Shown here piece after piece: positions 1 through 10,227 of a stretch of 64,000 bases of DNA; position 1 is the first letter of the stretch, and each line of letters opens with the position of its first letter. This DNA is from a virus: positions 15,231 through 79,230 of IMG/VR virus record IMGVR_UViG_3300013131_004463; one strand, given 5' to 3'. The translations under genes and the position numbers were made by a program. The notes under the pieces were generated by a model. It did not search any database, was not told the DNA's origin, and saw only the letters and a list, made by a program, of their open reading frames with translations.

Positions 1-573
1 ATATTTATATTAAAAAAATACGGAGAAGATTTTTTTAAAAATAAAACAATTTTAGAATTAGGCTGCTTCAATGGATATTTTGGAGAATCATTTAGACTAC
101 TTGGTGCAAACGTGTTATCTGTAGAAGGAAGAGAAGAGAACGTTCAAAATATAAAAATTAATTATCCTAACCTTAATATTATTTGTAAAGATCTAGATAC
201 AAAAGATTGGGATTTTGATAATTATGATATAATTATAAATTTTGGTTTATTCTATCATCTTGAAAAATATCATCAAGAACATTTAATAAATTGTATTGAC
301 CATTCAAAATTAATGTTGTTTGAAACAGTTATATTTGATTCTAATCAACCCGAAATTTATATGAATTCAGAACAAGGAATTGATCAATCTTTATCAAATA
401 AAGGCGGTGTTCCAAGCGTTTCTTATGTGGAAAATATTTTTAAAAATAAAAAATGTAAATATCAAAAGTATAGTGATTCTGTATTAAATGGAGGTGGACA
501 TTCTTACGATTGGGAAGAACGTAATACAAAAACGCTTTGTTCATCTTGCAGAAAATTTTGGATTGTTGAATAA
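1..573 (+). CDS. Class I SAM-dependent methyltransferase (5'-truncated by window edge)
   Basis: Frame 1 is open from base 1: IFILKKYGEDFFKNKTILELGCFNGYFG (SAM motif I LELGC), then VEGR and DIIINFGLFYHL. Confidence 0.8.
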   Translation: MFILKKYGEDFFKNKTILELGCFNGYFGESFRLLGANVLSVEGREENVQNIKINYPNLNIICKDLDTKDWDFDNYDIIINFGLFYHLEKYHQEHLINCIDHSKLMLFETVIFDSNQPEIYMNSEQGIDQSLSNKGGVPSVSYVENIFKNKKCKYQKYSDSVLNGGGHSYDWEERNTKTLCSSCRKFWIVE

Positions 574-580
574 ATATTTT

Positions 581-612
581 TATTATATATTATATATTAT
601 ATATTATATATT
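581..612. repeat. Tandem heptamer (TATTATA)x4.5
   Basis: Directly visible in the intergenic region before ORF 625. Confidence 0.8.
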
Positions 613-624
613 GATACAATTAAT

Positions 625-1053
625 ATGAAAATAATATCCCACAGAGGAAATTTAAATGGTGAAAATTTATCTACTGAAAATTCTATACCAGCAATTAATA
701 TAGCCTTATATCATGGATTTGACGTAGAAATAGATGTATGGTATAAAAACCACAATTGGTTCCTTGGTCACGATAAACCTCAGCATCTTATAGAAGAATC
801 TTTCTTACAAAATAAAAAATTATGGTGTCACGCAAAGAATCTAGAGGCTTTAAATTTTATGTTAAAAAACAAATCAATACATTGTTTTTGGCATCAAAAT
901 GATGATTTTACAATAACTTCAAAAGGATATATTTGGACATATCCAAATAAAATTACCAGAGAAAATTCAGTAATAGTATTAAATAACAAAAAAGATAAGA
1001 TTCCAAAAAAATGTTTTGGTATATGTACAGATTTTCCATTAAAATATATTTAA
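625..1053 (+). CDS. Glycerophosphodiester phosphodiesterase-like protein
   Basis: ISHRG...ENS...DVEIDV...HD...HAK motifs of the GDPD fold. Confidence 0.7.
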   Translation: MKIISHRGNLNGENLSTENSIPAINIALYHGFDVEIDVWYKNHNWFLGHDKPQHLIEESFLQNKKLWCHAKNLEALNFMLKNKSIHCFWHQNDDFTITSKGYIWTYPNKITRENSVIVLNNKKDKIPKKCFGICTDFPLKYI

Positions 1054-2027
1054 TGAAAATTATTGTAACTGGCGGACTTGGTTTTATCGGTTCTAATTTT
1101 ATTAAATATATAATTAATAAAAAAGAAACAAATATTGTTATAAACATAGACACAACAACAAAACAATATTCGGCATCGAATAAAGATAACGTAAAAGCTT
1201 TTGAAGACAATCCAAAGTATAAATTTTATGATTTCTGGTTAGAAATGCTAGATAATCCTTCCGTTAAAAATGAATTTAAACAAATAATAAAAGAAAACAA
1301 TATAACTCACATAGCGCATTTTGCCGCCGAATCTCATGTTGATAATTCAATATCTAATCCAAGACGATTTATTCAGTCAAATATATTCGGTACATTTAAT
1401 CTATTAGAAATTATTAGAGATTTTCCAGAAATTAGATTTCATCATATTTCTACTGATGAAGTTTATGGCAGTTTAGGTGAAGAAGGTAAATTTACAGAAA
1501 CAACAGCGTATGCTCCAAATTCCCCATATTCTGCATCAAAAGCGGCTAGTGATATGTTAGTCAGAGCTTATAATCATACTTTTAAAAGTTTAATTACAAT
1601 TTCTAATTGCTCTAACAATTATGGTCCAAATCAACATAATGAAAAATTTATACCAGTTGTTATAAATTCAATACTAAATAATAAAAAAATACCTGTTTAT
1701 GGCAACGGAAAAAACATAAGAGATTGGATTTTTGTTAATGATCATTGTGAAGCAGTATGGTCTGTATTAAATAATGGCAAAATTGGTGAAACATATAATA
1801 TAGGCGGAAATTGTGAAAAAACAAATTTAGAGATTATCAATGATATTTGCGAAATATTAAATGTTAATTCTCAAGATTATATATCTTTTGTAGAAGATCG
1901 TAAAGGTCATGATTTTAGATATGCTATAGACAACACTAAAATAAATAAAGAATTAAATTGGTATCCAATCACATCTTTTAAAGACGGATTAAAACAAACA
2001 ATTGATTTTTATAAAAATTTGTTATAA
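1053..2027 (+). CDS. rmlB: dTDP-glucose 4,6-dehydratase
   Basis: TGGLGFIG, HFAAESHVD, ISTDEVYG, YSASK, SNNYGP, GHDFRYA. Start moved to the ATG at 1053 (TAATG overlap). Confidence 0.95.
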   Translation: MKIIVTGGLGFIGSNFIKYIINKKETNIVINIDTTTKQYSASNKDNVKAFEDNPKYKFYDFWLEMLDNPSVKNEFKQIIKENNITHIAHFAAESHVDNSISNPRRFIQSNIFGTFNLLEIIRDFPEIRFHHISTDEVYGSLGEEGKFTETTAYAPNSPYSASKAASDMLVRAYNHTFKSLITISNCSNNYGPNQHNEKFIPVVINSILNNKKIPVYGNGKNIRDWIFVNDHCEAVWSVLNNGKIGETYNIGGNCEKTNLEIINDICEILNVNSQDYISFVEDRKGHDFRYAIDNTKINKELNWYPITSFKDGLKQTIDFYKNLL

Positions 2028-2036
2028 TATAACAAT

Positions 2037-3176
2037 ATGAGTTTGAACTTTCAAGAAACCTATTATGGTAAAAAGATAGATACTTCCAATATTTTAAATA
2101 TTGAAGACGCTAGTAGAATAATTAATGGAAAAAAAACAGTAGTAATAACTGGCGTAACTGGTCAAGATGGAAGTCATATGGTTGATTTTTTACTTAAAAA
2201 TACAGATTATCTTATTTTTGGTGGAGTAAGAAGGTTGAGCGTATATAATCATGAAAATATTAAACACATTAAATCTGATAGATTTCATCTTATTAATTTT
2301 GATCTAACTGATTCTCATGCTATATCTAGGACTGTAGAAAAACTTCAACCAGATTATTTTATTAACTTTGCTGCTCAAAGTTTTGTTGCAAGTAGTTGGG
2401 ATTTTGCTAGACAAACTTGGCAAACTAACTCCACAGCAGTTCTTGATATTTTAGAAGCAATTAGGCTCTATAAACCATCTTGCAGACTTTACCAAGCTGG
2501 ATCAAGTGAGGAATTTGGAAATGTACAATATGCTCCTCAAGATGAAAATCATCCATTAAAACCAAGAAGTCCATATGGGGCAAGCAAAGCAGCTTCTAGA
2601 CAATTAGTTAAAGTATACAGAGAATCTTACAATACTTATGCTATTCAAGGATGGCTATTCAATCACGAAGGAACTAGGCGAGGTGAGGAATTCGTTACAA
2701 GAAAAATTACAAAAAATGTAGCAAGGATTTATAATTCAATAAAAGAAAATAAAGAATTTAAACCTCTCGAACTAGGAAATATAGACGCAAAAAGAGATTG
2801 GAGTGATGCAGAAGATTTTGTAGAGGGCGTCTGGATGATGTTAAATCAAGATAAATATAATCCAAATTACGATGGAACACCAAAAGAATATATTTTCTCA
2901 TCTAATGAAACTCACACAATCAGAGAGTTTGCAGAAAAAGCTTTTGCTTATGCTGGAATTAATGGAGAATGGATTGGTGAAAAAGAACACGAAGTATACT
3001 TATCTAAAGATAAGAAAGTATTAATTCAAATTAATCCTAAATTTTATAGACCAGCAGAAGTAGAGGTTTTACTTGGAGACTCTAATAAAGCTAGAAAAGA
3101 ATTAAATTGGAAACCTAAATCATCATTAAATGATCTTATTGAAAAGATGGTAAAAAATGATATTAAAAATTTATGA
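2037..3176 (+). CDS. gmd: GDP-mannose 4,6-dehydratase
   Basis: ITGVTGQDGS, AAQSFV, PRSPYGASK, FNHE, FVTRKI, LGNIDAKRDW, RPAEV. Confidence 0.93.
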   Translation: MSLNFQETYYGKKIDTSNILNIEDASRIINGKKTVVITGVTGQDGSHMVDFLLKNTDYLIFGGVRRLSVYNHENIKHIKSDRFHLINFDLTDSHAISRTVEKLQPDYFINFAAQSFVASSWDFARQTWQTNSTAVLDILEAIRLYKPSCRLYQAGSSEEFGNVQYAPQDENHPLKPRSPYGASKAASRQLVKVYRESYNTYAIQGWLFNHEGTRRGEEFVTRKITKNVARIYNSIKENKEFKPLELGNIDAKRDWSDAEDFVEGVWMMLNQDKYNPNYDGTPKEYIFSSNETHTIREFAEKAFAYAGINGEWIGEKEHEVYLSKDKKVLIQINPKFYRPAEVEVLLGDSNKARKELNWKPKSSLNDLIEKMVKNDIKNL

Positions 3177-4027
3177 TACTATTAATTGGATCTAGTGGCT
3201 ACATTGGCACCGAATTCGTTAAACAATTAGATAAAAAAAATATAAAATATTATACTTTATCATATAAAGAAGCAAATTATAAAAATATAAAATCCCTATA
3301 TGATCTTTATAATATAAAATACTTGATAAATTCAGCAGCTTTTGTTGGCAAACCAAATATTGAAGCGTGTGAGTCTCAAAAAGATAAATGCATAGAAGGT
3401 AATATTTTACTTCCCATTTTATTGAAAAATATATGTGAGCAATTTAATATAATTTATTGCCATATCTCAACTGGATGCCTTTATAATGGTGCCACGTCTG
3501 AATTAAATGGATACAAAGAAATAGACGAACCTAATTTTAATTTTAAATATAATAACTGTGGTTTTTACACAGGGACAAAAGCCTTAACAGAAGACTTGAT
3601 TAAATCATATCCTCAAAATTATATCTGGAGAATAAGATTACCATTCGAACAATTTCATAACGATAGAAATTATATATCAAAAATTATAAAGTATGATACT
3701 TTGATTACAGAAAAAAATTCACTAAGTAATAAAAGTGAATTTGTAAATGCATGCATAGAAAGTATATTGAAAGAAATACCATTTGGAATATATAATATAA
3801 CCAATACAGGATCTATATCTGCATCTGATATTTTTGAAAAAATTAAAAAAACAATAATGCCAAACAAAAAAGCTAACTTTTTGACAATGGATGAATTTTA
3901 TAATAAAATAAGTTCTATGCCTAGATCAAATTGTATCACAGATAATTCAAAAATAAGATCTACAGGTATTAAAATGTTAGATGTAAACGAATCCATAGAT
4001 CTTTGTCTGAAACATTGGACTTGGTAA
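3173..4027 (+). CDS. NDP-4-keto-6-deoxyglucose 3,5-epimerase/4-reductase (NRS/ER-like; RmlD substrate-binding family)
   Basis: GSSGYIG, GKPNIEACE, STGCLY, FYTGTK, RIRLP, RNYISKI, GIYNITN. Confidence 0.75.
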   Translation: MILLIGSSGYIGTEFVKQLDKKNIKYYTLSYKEANYKNIKSLYDLYNIKYLINSAAFVGKPNIEACESQKDKCIEGNILLPILLKNICEQFNIIYCHISTGCLYNGATSELNGYKEIDEPNFNFKYNNCGFYTGTKALTEDLIKSYPQNYIWRIRLPFEQFHNDRNYISKIIKYDTLITEKNSLSNKSEFVNACIESILKEIPFGIYNITNTGSISASDIFEKIKKTIMPNKKANFLTMDEFYNKISSMPRSNCITDNSKIRSTGIKMLDVNESIDLCLKHWTW

Positions 4028-4028
4028 T

Positions 4029-5156
4029 ATGAATACTATTATTGATCTAGGAGAGATACCTTTAGTTAATAATCTATGCCTCTCTAAAGAAGAATCTTTA
4101 AATTGTAAAAAGTTTCCATTAAAAATAATTCAAAAAGAAGATCTAATTATGAAATTAGAGCTAGAAATTAATTCTAATGATATGTTCTTTAATTATCTTT
4201 ATAGAACAGCAGTAAACACTCCTTACATAGACCATTGTAAAAAAATGTGGAAACAATTAGAAAAATATAATCCTAAAACCATAGTTGATATTGGCGGTAA
4301 TGATGGATCTTTATTAAAATGCTTCAAATCAGAATCAAAAACTAATTTAAAATTAATAAATGTTGATGCTAGTTCATCTTTTAAAGAAGAAAATGAAAAA
4401 AATGGAATTATATATCATAATGCTTATTGGGGAGATTTTATACTTGATGAAAAAATAGATTTAATTACATCTACGAATGTATTTCAGCATAATCCAGACT
4501 ATCGTAAATTTTTAAAAGGTATAAAAGATAATTTAAATGGTATTTGGGTTTTAGAGTTTCCATATTTTTTACATACAGTTAAAACTAATCAATTTGATCA
4601 AATTTATCACGAACATGTCTATTATTGGCTAGTAACACCTTTGATTAAATTGTTCAGAGAATATGATTTAAAAATACAATCAATCACGCAATATGATATG
4701 CATGGAGGATCTCTTAGAATCATATCTTCAAATAGAACAGAAGATCAAGAGAACAAAGAAATTATTAATTATTATTTAAACATAGAAAGAGATTTTAATT
4801 TTAAAAATTGGGGCAAACAAATAAAAAATAGAATAATTCAAGATTTAAATTTTATAAACTCATTAAATGGTGAAATTGCTGTATTTGGTGCAGCTGCAAA
4901 AGGTTGTGTTTATTTAAACACATTAAATATCTCAAATAAAATATCATATATTGTAGATGATACAAAAGAAAAGCAAAACAAATTTTGTCCAGGAACTGGA
5001 TTGAGAATTGTTGATAGGGAATATTTTTACAAAAATAATCCAGATTATTTGATTATTTTAGCTCATAATTTTAAGGATTATATTACTAAGTCAATTAGAA
5101 ATGATGGATTTAAAAATAGAATCATAACTATGATACCCAATATACAAATATATTGA
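4029..5156 (+). CDS. NDP-hexose C-methyltransferase
   Basis: DLGEIPLVN, DIGGNDGSLL, FDQIYHEH, HGGSLR, FGAAAKG, LAHNF. Confidence 0.85.
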   Translation: MNTIIDLGEIPLVNNLCLSKEESLNCKKFPLKIIQKEDLIMKLELEINSNDMFFNYLYRTAVNTPYIDHCKKMWKQLEKYNPKTIVDIGGNDGSLLKCFKSESKTNLKLINVDASSSFKEENEKNGIIYHNAYWGDFILDEKIDLITSTNVFQHNPDYRKFLKGIKDNLNGIWVLEFPYFLHTVKTNQFDQIYHEHVYYWLVTPLIKLFREYDLKIQSITQYDMHGGSLRIISSNRTEDQENKEIINYYLNIERDFNFKNWGKQIKNRIIQDLNFINSLNGEIAVFGAAAKGCVYLNTLNISNKISYIVDDTKEKQNKFCPGTGLRIVDREYFYKNNPDYLIILAHNFKDYITKSIRNDGFKNRIITMIPNIQIY

Positions 5157-5181
5157 CATTTATATATAAAAATATTAAAAT
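5153..5181 (+). promoter_or_regulatory. Sigma70-type promoter TTGACA-17-TAAAAT, leaderless start at 5188
   Basis: Consensus boxes with 17-bp spacer; ATG 6 nt after the -10 box. Confidence 0.7.
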
Positions 5182-5187
5182 TATACA

Positions 5188-6492
5188 ATGACAAAAAAAG
5201 ACAAGATCTTAAATTTCATAAATTCTTTAGAACAAGAGGAAAACACTTTTATTCCTCAGTTTTGCCATAATTTAAAAGATACAAAAAATAAAGTATACTA
5301 TGGCGGACCATCATATACAAAAGAAGAACTTGTAGAAGCTATAGATACCCTTCTATTTGGCAAATGGTTAGCTAGTGGTGAAAATGTAGCCAGATTTGAA
5401 AAAGAATTTTCAAAGAGAATTAATGAAAAGTACTCTGTCATGGTTAATTCTGGTAGCTCTGCTAACCTAGTAATGATTGCAGCACTTAAGAAGTATTTTA
5501 ATTGGAAAGATAATGATGAGATTTTAGTTTCAGTAGTAGGTTTTCCAACTACATTAAATCCTATTATTCAAAATAATCTAAAACCAGTATTTGTAGATAT
5601 TGAGTTCGAAACGCTAAACTTTGATCTAGATCAACTAGAACAAAAGATCGGTAAAAATACGAAAGCTATATTTATATCGCCAGTATTAGGAAATCCACCA
5701 GATTTTGATAAACTTATTGAAATTTCTGAAAAACATAATATTCAACTAATTTTAGATGGATGTGATAGCTTTGGAAGCAAATGGAAAGATAAACATTTAA
5801 ATGAATATTGCATAGCTTCTAGTTGCTCATTCTACCCAGCGCATCATTTAACTACTGGAGAGGGAGGCATGGTCTCTTCTAATATCGAAGAAATCATTAA
5901 CTTAGCAAGAAGTTTTGCGTGGTGGGGAAGAGATTGTTATTGCATTGGTGCTTGTAATCTTTTGAAGAATGGAAGTTGTAATTCTAGATTTTCCAACTGG
6001 ATTAAAGAAGTACCATATAATATTGATCATAAATATTTCTTTACTCAAATTGGATACAATTTAAAACCGTTGGATTTACAAGGTTCAATTGGATTAGTTC
6101 AATTAAAAAAAATGCATGAATTTCATAGCGCAAGAGTATCAAATAAAAATAAAATTCAAAATATTTTATCTAAAATTCCTAATTTGAAATTTCCGTCTGT
6201 TTTTGAAAGTGCAGACGTTTCTTGGTTTGGAGTGCCAATTATTTGTGGTTGTTATCTATCTAAAAATAATCTAGTAAATTATTTAGAAGAAAATGGAGTT
6301 CAAACTAGAAATTACTTTGCTGGAAATATACTTTTACATCCAGCCTATAAACATTTAGAAGATTGGAAAAATTATCCTAACGCTAATACTGTTCTTGAAA
6401 AAGTATTTTTTGTCGGATGTTCTCCAACTATTAGTGAAAGTAACATAGAGTATCTAGAAGGTGTTATTCATAGATATGATATCAAAAATTGA
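5188..6492 (+). CDS. rfbH: NDP-4-keto-6-deoxyglucose 3-dehydrase (RfbH/DdhC-like, PMP and Fe-S dependent, DegT family)
   Basis: VNSGSSANL, SFYPAHHLTTGEGG (His in place of catalytic Lys), GRDCYC...C...RF cluster ligands, GYNLK, FAGN. Confidence 0.88.
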   Translation: MTKKDKILNFINSLEQEENTFIPQFCHNLKDTKNKVYYGGPSYTKEELVEAIDTLLFGKWLASGENVARFEKEFSKRINEKYSVMVNSGSSANLVMIAALKKYFNWKDNDEILVSVVGFPTTLNPIIQNNLKPVFVDIEFETLNFDLDQLEQKIGKNTKAIFISPVLGNPPDFDKLIEISEKHNIQLILDGCDSFGSKWKDKHLNEYCIASSCSFYPAHHLTTGEGGMVSSNIEEIINLARSFAWWGRDCYCIGACNLLKNGSCNSRFSNWIKEVPYNIDHKYFFTQIGYNLKPLDLQGSIGLVQLKKMHEFHSARVSNKNKIQNILSKIPNLKFPSVFESADVSWFGVPIICGCYLSKNNLVNYLEENGVQTRNYFAGNILLHPAYKHLEDWKNYPNANTVLEKVFFVGCSPTISESNIEYLEGVIHRYDIKN

Positions 6493-7297
6493 TCTTTTTG
6501 GCGGAACAGGTTTTGTAGGTAGTAATTTTTACAATTTATATAAATCAGAAACCTATATTCATCCAAGAGAAGACAATGTTCCACTTTATCGGGATGTTTT
6601 ATACATGATTAGTACAACTGATAATTATAATGTTCTTGAGAATCCATATAAAGATATAGAAGTTAATTTAACTAAATTAATTAAAGTGTTAGAAAGCTGT
6701 AAGAATAAAAATATTATTTTTAACTTTGTAAGTTCTTGGTTTGTCTATGGCGATGTTGAATTACCAGCGAAAGAAAGTTATTGCTGTAATCCTAAAGGAT
6801 TTTATTCTATTACAAAGAAATGCGCAGAAGATTTACTTGTAAGCTATTGTAAAACATTTAATATAAATTATAGAATATTCCGACTAGCAAATGTATATGG
6901 AAATAAAGATATTGGAGTATCTAAAAAGAAAAATGCTTTAACATATTTAATTAATGAAATAAGAAATAATCAAAATATTAATTTATATTTTAATGGAGAA
7001 TTTATAAGAGATTATATTCACGTAGAAGACGTTTGTAAAGCCATAAAACTCTGTATAGATAAGGGTAATTTAAATGAAGTATATAATATTGGAAATGGAG
7101 AACCTTTAATATTTAAAGATATTATAGATTATGTAATTAATAAAATTTCTTCAAAATCATTAGTAACTGCTATAGACCAACCAGAATTTCATAAAATAGT
7201 TCAAGTAAAAGATATGTATTTAGATAATAATAAAATTAAACAATTAGGTTTTAAAAAAGAAATTGACATTTATCAAGGAATTGATAGACTTATATAA
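6476..7297 (+). CDS. NAD-dependent sugar epimerase/reductase (SDR)
   Basis: GGTGFVG, SSWFVYG, YSITK, RLANVYG, RDYIHV. Confidence 0.88.
   Translation: MISKIDLFGGTGFVGSNFYNLYKSETYIHPREDNVPLYRDVLYMISTTDNYNVLENPYKDIEVNLTKLIKVLESCKNKNIIFNFVSSWFVYGDVELPAKESYCCNPKGFYSITKKCAEDLLVSYCKTFNINYRIFRLANVYGNKDIGVSKKKNALTYLINEIRNNQNINLYFNGEFIRDYIHVEDVCKAIKLCIDKGNLNEVYNIGNGEPLIFKDIIDYVINKISSKSLVTAIDQPEFHKIVQVKDMYLDNNKIKQLGFKKEIDIYQGIDRLI
7263..7290 (+). promoter_or_regulatory. Sigma70-type promoter TTGACA-16-(TG)TAGACT, leaderless start at 7297
   Basis: Boxes lie inside the 3' end of the upstream CDS. Confidence 0.55.
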
Positions 7298-7623
7298 TGT
7301 CAAAACACAAGCTTTGCCAATTACTAGTAAAAAAATTTGTAAAAGGAGATGTTAATTGGCCAAGAGAAATTAAAATAGCTCAAAAACTAGTTAAAAGATT
7401 TAAAGAATTTGAATTTTGGAATAATCTTAAAGAACTAGGAAGTCCACCGCCATCATTAGCTTGGTTTCTTAAAACTGAAGGGAAAGCTTTTTTATTAAAA
7501 GAATATGAGAGTTTTAATATAAAATTAAATATACCTAAAATAAAATTAAAAGAAAATAAAGTAGAAGATGATAAAAAGATTTGCAAAAAACCAAAAACAT
7601 TGTTAGACTTTATAAGAAGATAA
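7297..7623 (+). CDS. Hypothetical basic protein
   Basis: ORF in operon context with its own promoter. Confidence 0.65.
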   Translation: MSKHKLCQLLVKKFVKGDVNWPREIKIAQKLVKRFKEFEFWNNLKELGSPPPSLAWFLKTEGKAFLLKEYESFNIKLNIPKIKLKENKVEDDKKICKKPKTLLDFIRR

Positions 7624-7624
7624 A

Positions 7625-8332
7625 ATGAAAAATACAGCTCTTACATCAGCAATAAACTATAATGATTATTTGAAAATTTTTAAACAACATAATTATGATT
7701 ATTTTGATGAAATATATGTTGTAACAGATTTAAATAAAGATGAAGAGTTAGAGCAAATATGTAGCCAATCTAAATTTAAATTAATAAAAACAGATAAATT
7801 TTATAGTTTTCAAAATCAACCAGCTAAATTTAACAGGGGCGCAGCGTATACATACGCTATGAGTTTATTTGAAAATCCCGAAATAATTACTATAATAGAC
7901 GCGGATACATTACTTCCAGAAATCTATCATCTTATATTTAAAGAATTAAAATCAAGAGGTAAATTTGATCAAATGATAAGCGCCAGAAGATTTGTTCTAG
8001 AAACTTATCAGGATTATTCAAAAGTTTTTATTGAAAAAGATGTTAATTATACTCCAGAAATGAGAAGTTTTGATTGGGGTTGGGGATATCTTCAAATTTT
8101 TCATGCAGGAAGTAAATGGTTAAAAAATGGACTAATATATCCAGAAAATTATGACTGCGCTGTTTCAGATTTTATGTTTAGAAAACAATTCGGATGGCAC
8201 ATTTTTAGGCAAGATACAGAAGAGCATTATTGGGACCCAGAAGCACAAATTTGTTTAAGACAGCATTCAGTTTATGGACTTGGTCCGAATAATATAAATT
8301 CTAGAGGTAGAAACGCGCCAGCATTTAAATAA
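7625..8332 (+). CDS. GT-A fold (GT2-like) glycosyltransferase
   Basis: VVTD, FNRGAA, IIDADT (DxD), GYLQIF, SDFMF. Confidence 0.7.
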   Translation: MKNTALTSAINYNDYLKIFKQHNYDYFDEIYVVTDLNKDEELEQICSQSKFKLIKTDKFYSFQNQPAKFNRGAAYTYAMSLFENPEIITIIDADTLLPEIYHLIFKELKSRGKFDQMISARRFVLETYQDYSKVFIEKDVNYTPEMRSFDWGWGYLQIFHAGSKWLKNGLIYPENYDCAVSDFMFRKQFGWHIFRQDTEEHYWDPEAQICLRQHSVYGLGPNNINSRGRNAPAFK

Positions 8333-8337
8333 TTTTC

Positions 8338-8365
8338 TTGCATTTTATTTAAAAAAAGATATAAT
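8338..8365 (+). promoter_or_regulatory. Sigma70-type promoter TTGCAT-16-TATAAT, leaderless recA start at 8372
   Basis: Boxes visible; ATG 6 nt downstream. Confidence 0.6.
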
Positions 8366-8371
8366 AAAATT

Positions 8372-9514
8372 ATGGGTAGGAAACCTAAAGAAGAAATTGT
8401 TGAATCTACTGGTCCAAGCGCATCAGATAGATTATTATCATTTTTAAAAGATAATAAAGAAGATCACTATAACTTTGAAGAAGATACTTATTACAAAGTA
8501 TCTACTGGCAGTCTTAATTTAGACATTATCACAGGAGGAGGACTATCTCCTGGGCTTCATAGATTTATTGGTCAAACAGAAGGCGGAAAAAGTAGTCAGT
8601 CTCTTGAGGTAGCTAAAAATTTTCTTAAAATAGTAAAAGAATCTAGAGCCTTGTTATTTAAAGCTGAAGGACGATTAAGTAAAGAGATACAAGAAAGATC
8701 TGGAATTAAATTCGTTACAGACCCTAAAGAATGGGTAGACGGAACATGTTTTGTCTTTGAGTGCAATGTATTTGAAACTGTATCTGAATTAATGAAAGAT
8801 TTAATTCAGTCAAACGACGAAAATAAAAGATACATATTTATTCTTGATTCTGTTGATGGATTAATTACAAAAGGAGATAAAGAAAAAACATTAAGCGAAG
8901 CAACCAAAGTCGCGGGTGGAGCAGTAATTTCCTCTATGTTAATGAAAAAAATCTCTCTCGCGTTATCTAAACGTGGTCACATGGCAATCTTTATCAGTCA
9001 GGTGAGGTCAGACATTAAGCTTGATCCTTACGCAGCAAATAAAGAAGTAAGACAAACTAGCGCTACTGGAGGAAATGCTTTATTGCATTTTGCAAATTGG
9101 ATTCTTGAATTTGAACCTCGCTATAACAAAGACCTTATTCTTGAAAAACCAAATGAAAAATATGATCCAGTAAAAAATAAAATCATTGGACATAATGTAA
9201 AAATTGCTATTAAAAAATCCACAAATGAAACCACAAATTCTAAAGTTCAATATCCAATTAAATATGGTCGCAAAGATGGAACTTCAATATGGAAAGAATA
9301 TGAAGTGATAGATCAAATTTTATCTTGGGAATTCGCAACAGCAAAAGGAGCATGGGTTACATTTTCAGATGAAATTATAGACGAACTTAAAAAATCTAAT
9401 ATAGAACTTAAGAAACAACATCAGGGTATTGATAATCTAAGATCTTATCTAGAAGAGAATAAAGAAATTACAAATTATTTCTATAATAAATTTATTAATA
9501 CATTAGCTTCATGA
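8372..9514 (+). CDS. recA: RecA/UvsX-like recombinase
   Basis: STGSLNLD, GQTEGGKS (Walker A), ILDSV, IFISQVR, TGGNALLHFA, KGAW. Confidence 0.9.
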   Translation: MGRKPKEEIVESTGPSASDRLLSFLKDNKEDHYNFEEDTYYKVSTGSLNLDIITGGGLSPGLHRFIGQTEGGKSSQSLEVAKNFLKIVKESRALLFKAEGRLSKEIQERSGIKFVTDPKEWVDGTCFVFECNVFETVSELMKDLIQSNDENKRYIFILDSVDGLITKGDKEKTLSEATKVAGGAVISSMLMKKISLALSKRGHMAIFISQVRSDIKLDPYAANKEVRQTSATGGNALLHFANWILEFEPRYNKDLILEKPNEKYDPVKNKIIGHNVKIAIKKSTNETTNSKVQYPIKYGRKDGTSIWKEYEVIDQILSWEFATAKGAWVTFSDEIIDELKKSNIELKKQHQGIDNLRSYLEENKEITNYFYNKFINTLAS

Positions 9515-9930
9515 GACTTTTAAATATTAACGGCAAACTCGTTAATAAAAATGTAAGAAAAAATCTTATAAACTGGGAAGGCAAAAGTCGTAGTAAATTA
9601 CAATTTAAATTTAAACAATTTTTTTATCCATATTGGAAAAATCATATTGTTTATGAGGAGTTCCCTGTATATGGAAGTATGCTTAAAGTTGATATATTAA
9701 ATGCAACAAAAAAGATAGCCGTTGAGATACAAGGAGATCAGCACGAATCATTTAATGAATTTTTTCATGATCATTCTAGATTAAAATATCTTCAAAGCAT
9801 AAAAAGAGATGTAAAAAAAGAAAAATGGTTAGACATGAATGAATTTAAATTTCTTGAATTGTATGAAAATGATTTGAAAAATTTATCACCACAATATATA
9901 GAAGAAAAAACTGGAATTTTAATTATTTAA
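9511..9930 (+). CDS. Vsr/DUF559-like endonuclease
   Basis: YEEFPV...VD...IAVEIQGDQH...RD..K pattern. Confidence 0.7.
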   Translation: MRLLNINGKLVNKNVRKNLINWEGKSRSKLQFKFKQFFYPYWKNHIVYEEFPVYGSMLKVDILNATKKIAVEIQGDQHESFNEFFHDHSRLKYLQSIKRDVKKEKWLDMNEFKFLELYENDLKNLSPQYIEEKTGILII

Positions 9931-9945
9931 GTGTAAAACTTTTTA

Positions 9946-10224
9946 GTGATAAACAAAAAGAAAACTTTTAAAGTACCAGATTCTCTTTTAAAACAAATTG
10001 ATGAGTGCAGCTTCGGCGGATATATAATGTTTAACTTTTCGAGTAAAGGCGAGCCTCAAGTATTTACAAAATTTGATAATCAAATAAATGCCATGGCTCT
10101 TTTATATTATGTTAATACATGGAGTCAAAGCATAGATCAACTAAATTTAGAAGCAACAACAGACCAAATAGCAAAAACTAATCAAGACGACGATAATTTT
10201 GACGAACCAGAAAATAAAGATTAA
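9946..10224 (+). CDS. Hypothetical protein
   Basis: ORF with GTG start preceded by GTGTAA at 9931. Confidence 0.65.
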   Translation: MINKKKTFKVPDSLLKQIDECSFGGYIMFNFSSKGEPQVFTKFDNQINAMALLYYVNTWSQSIDQLNLEATTDQIAKTNQDDDNFDEPENKD

Positions 10225-10227
10225 AAC

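Noticed and set aside
1-8332. Host O-antigen locus adjoining a prophage
   Set aside because: Same composition, tight overlaps and promoter style as the phage replication genes; no wzx/wzy, integrase or att site was seen.
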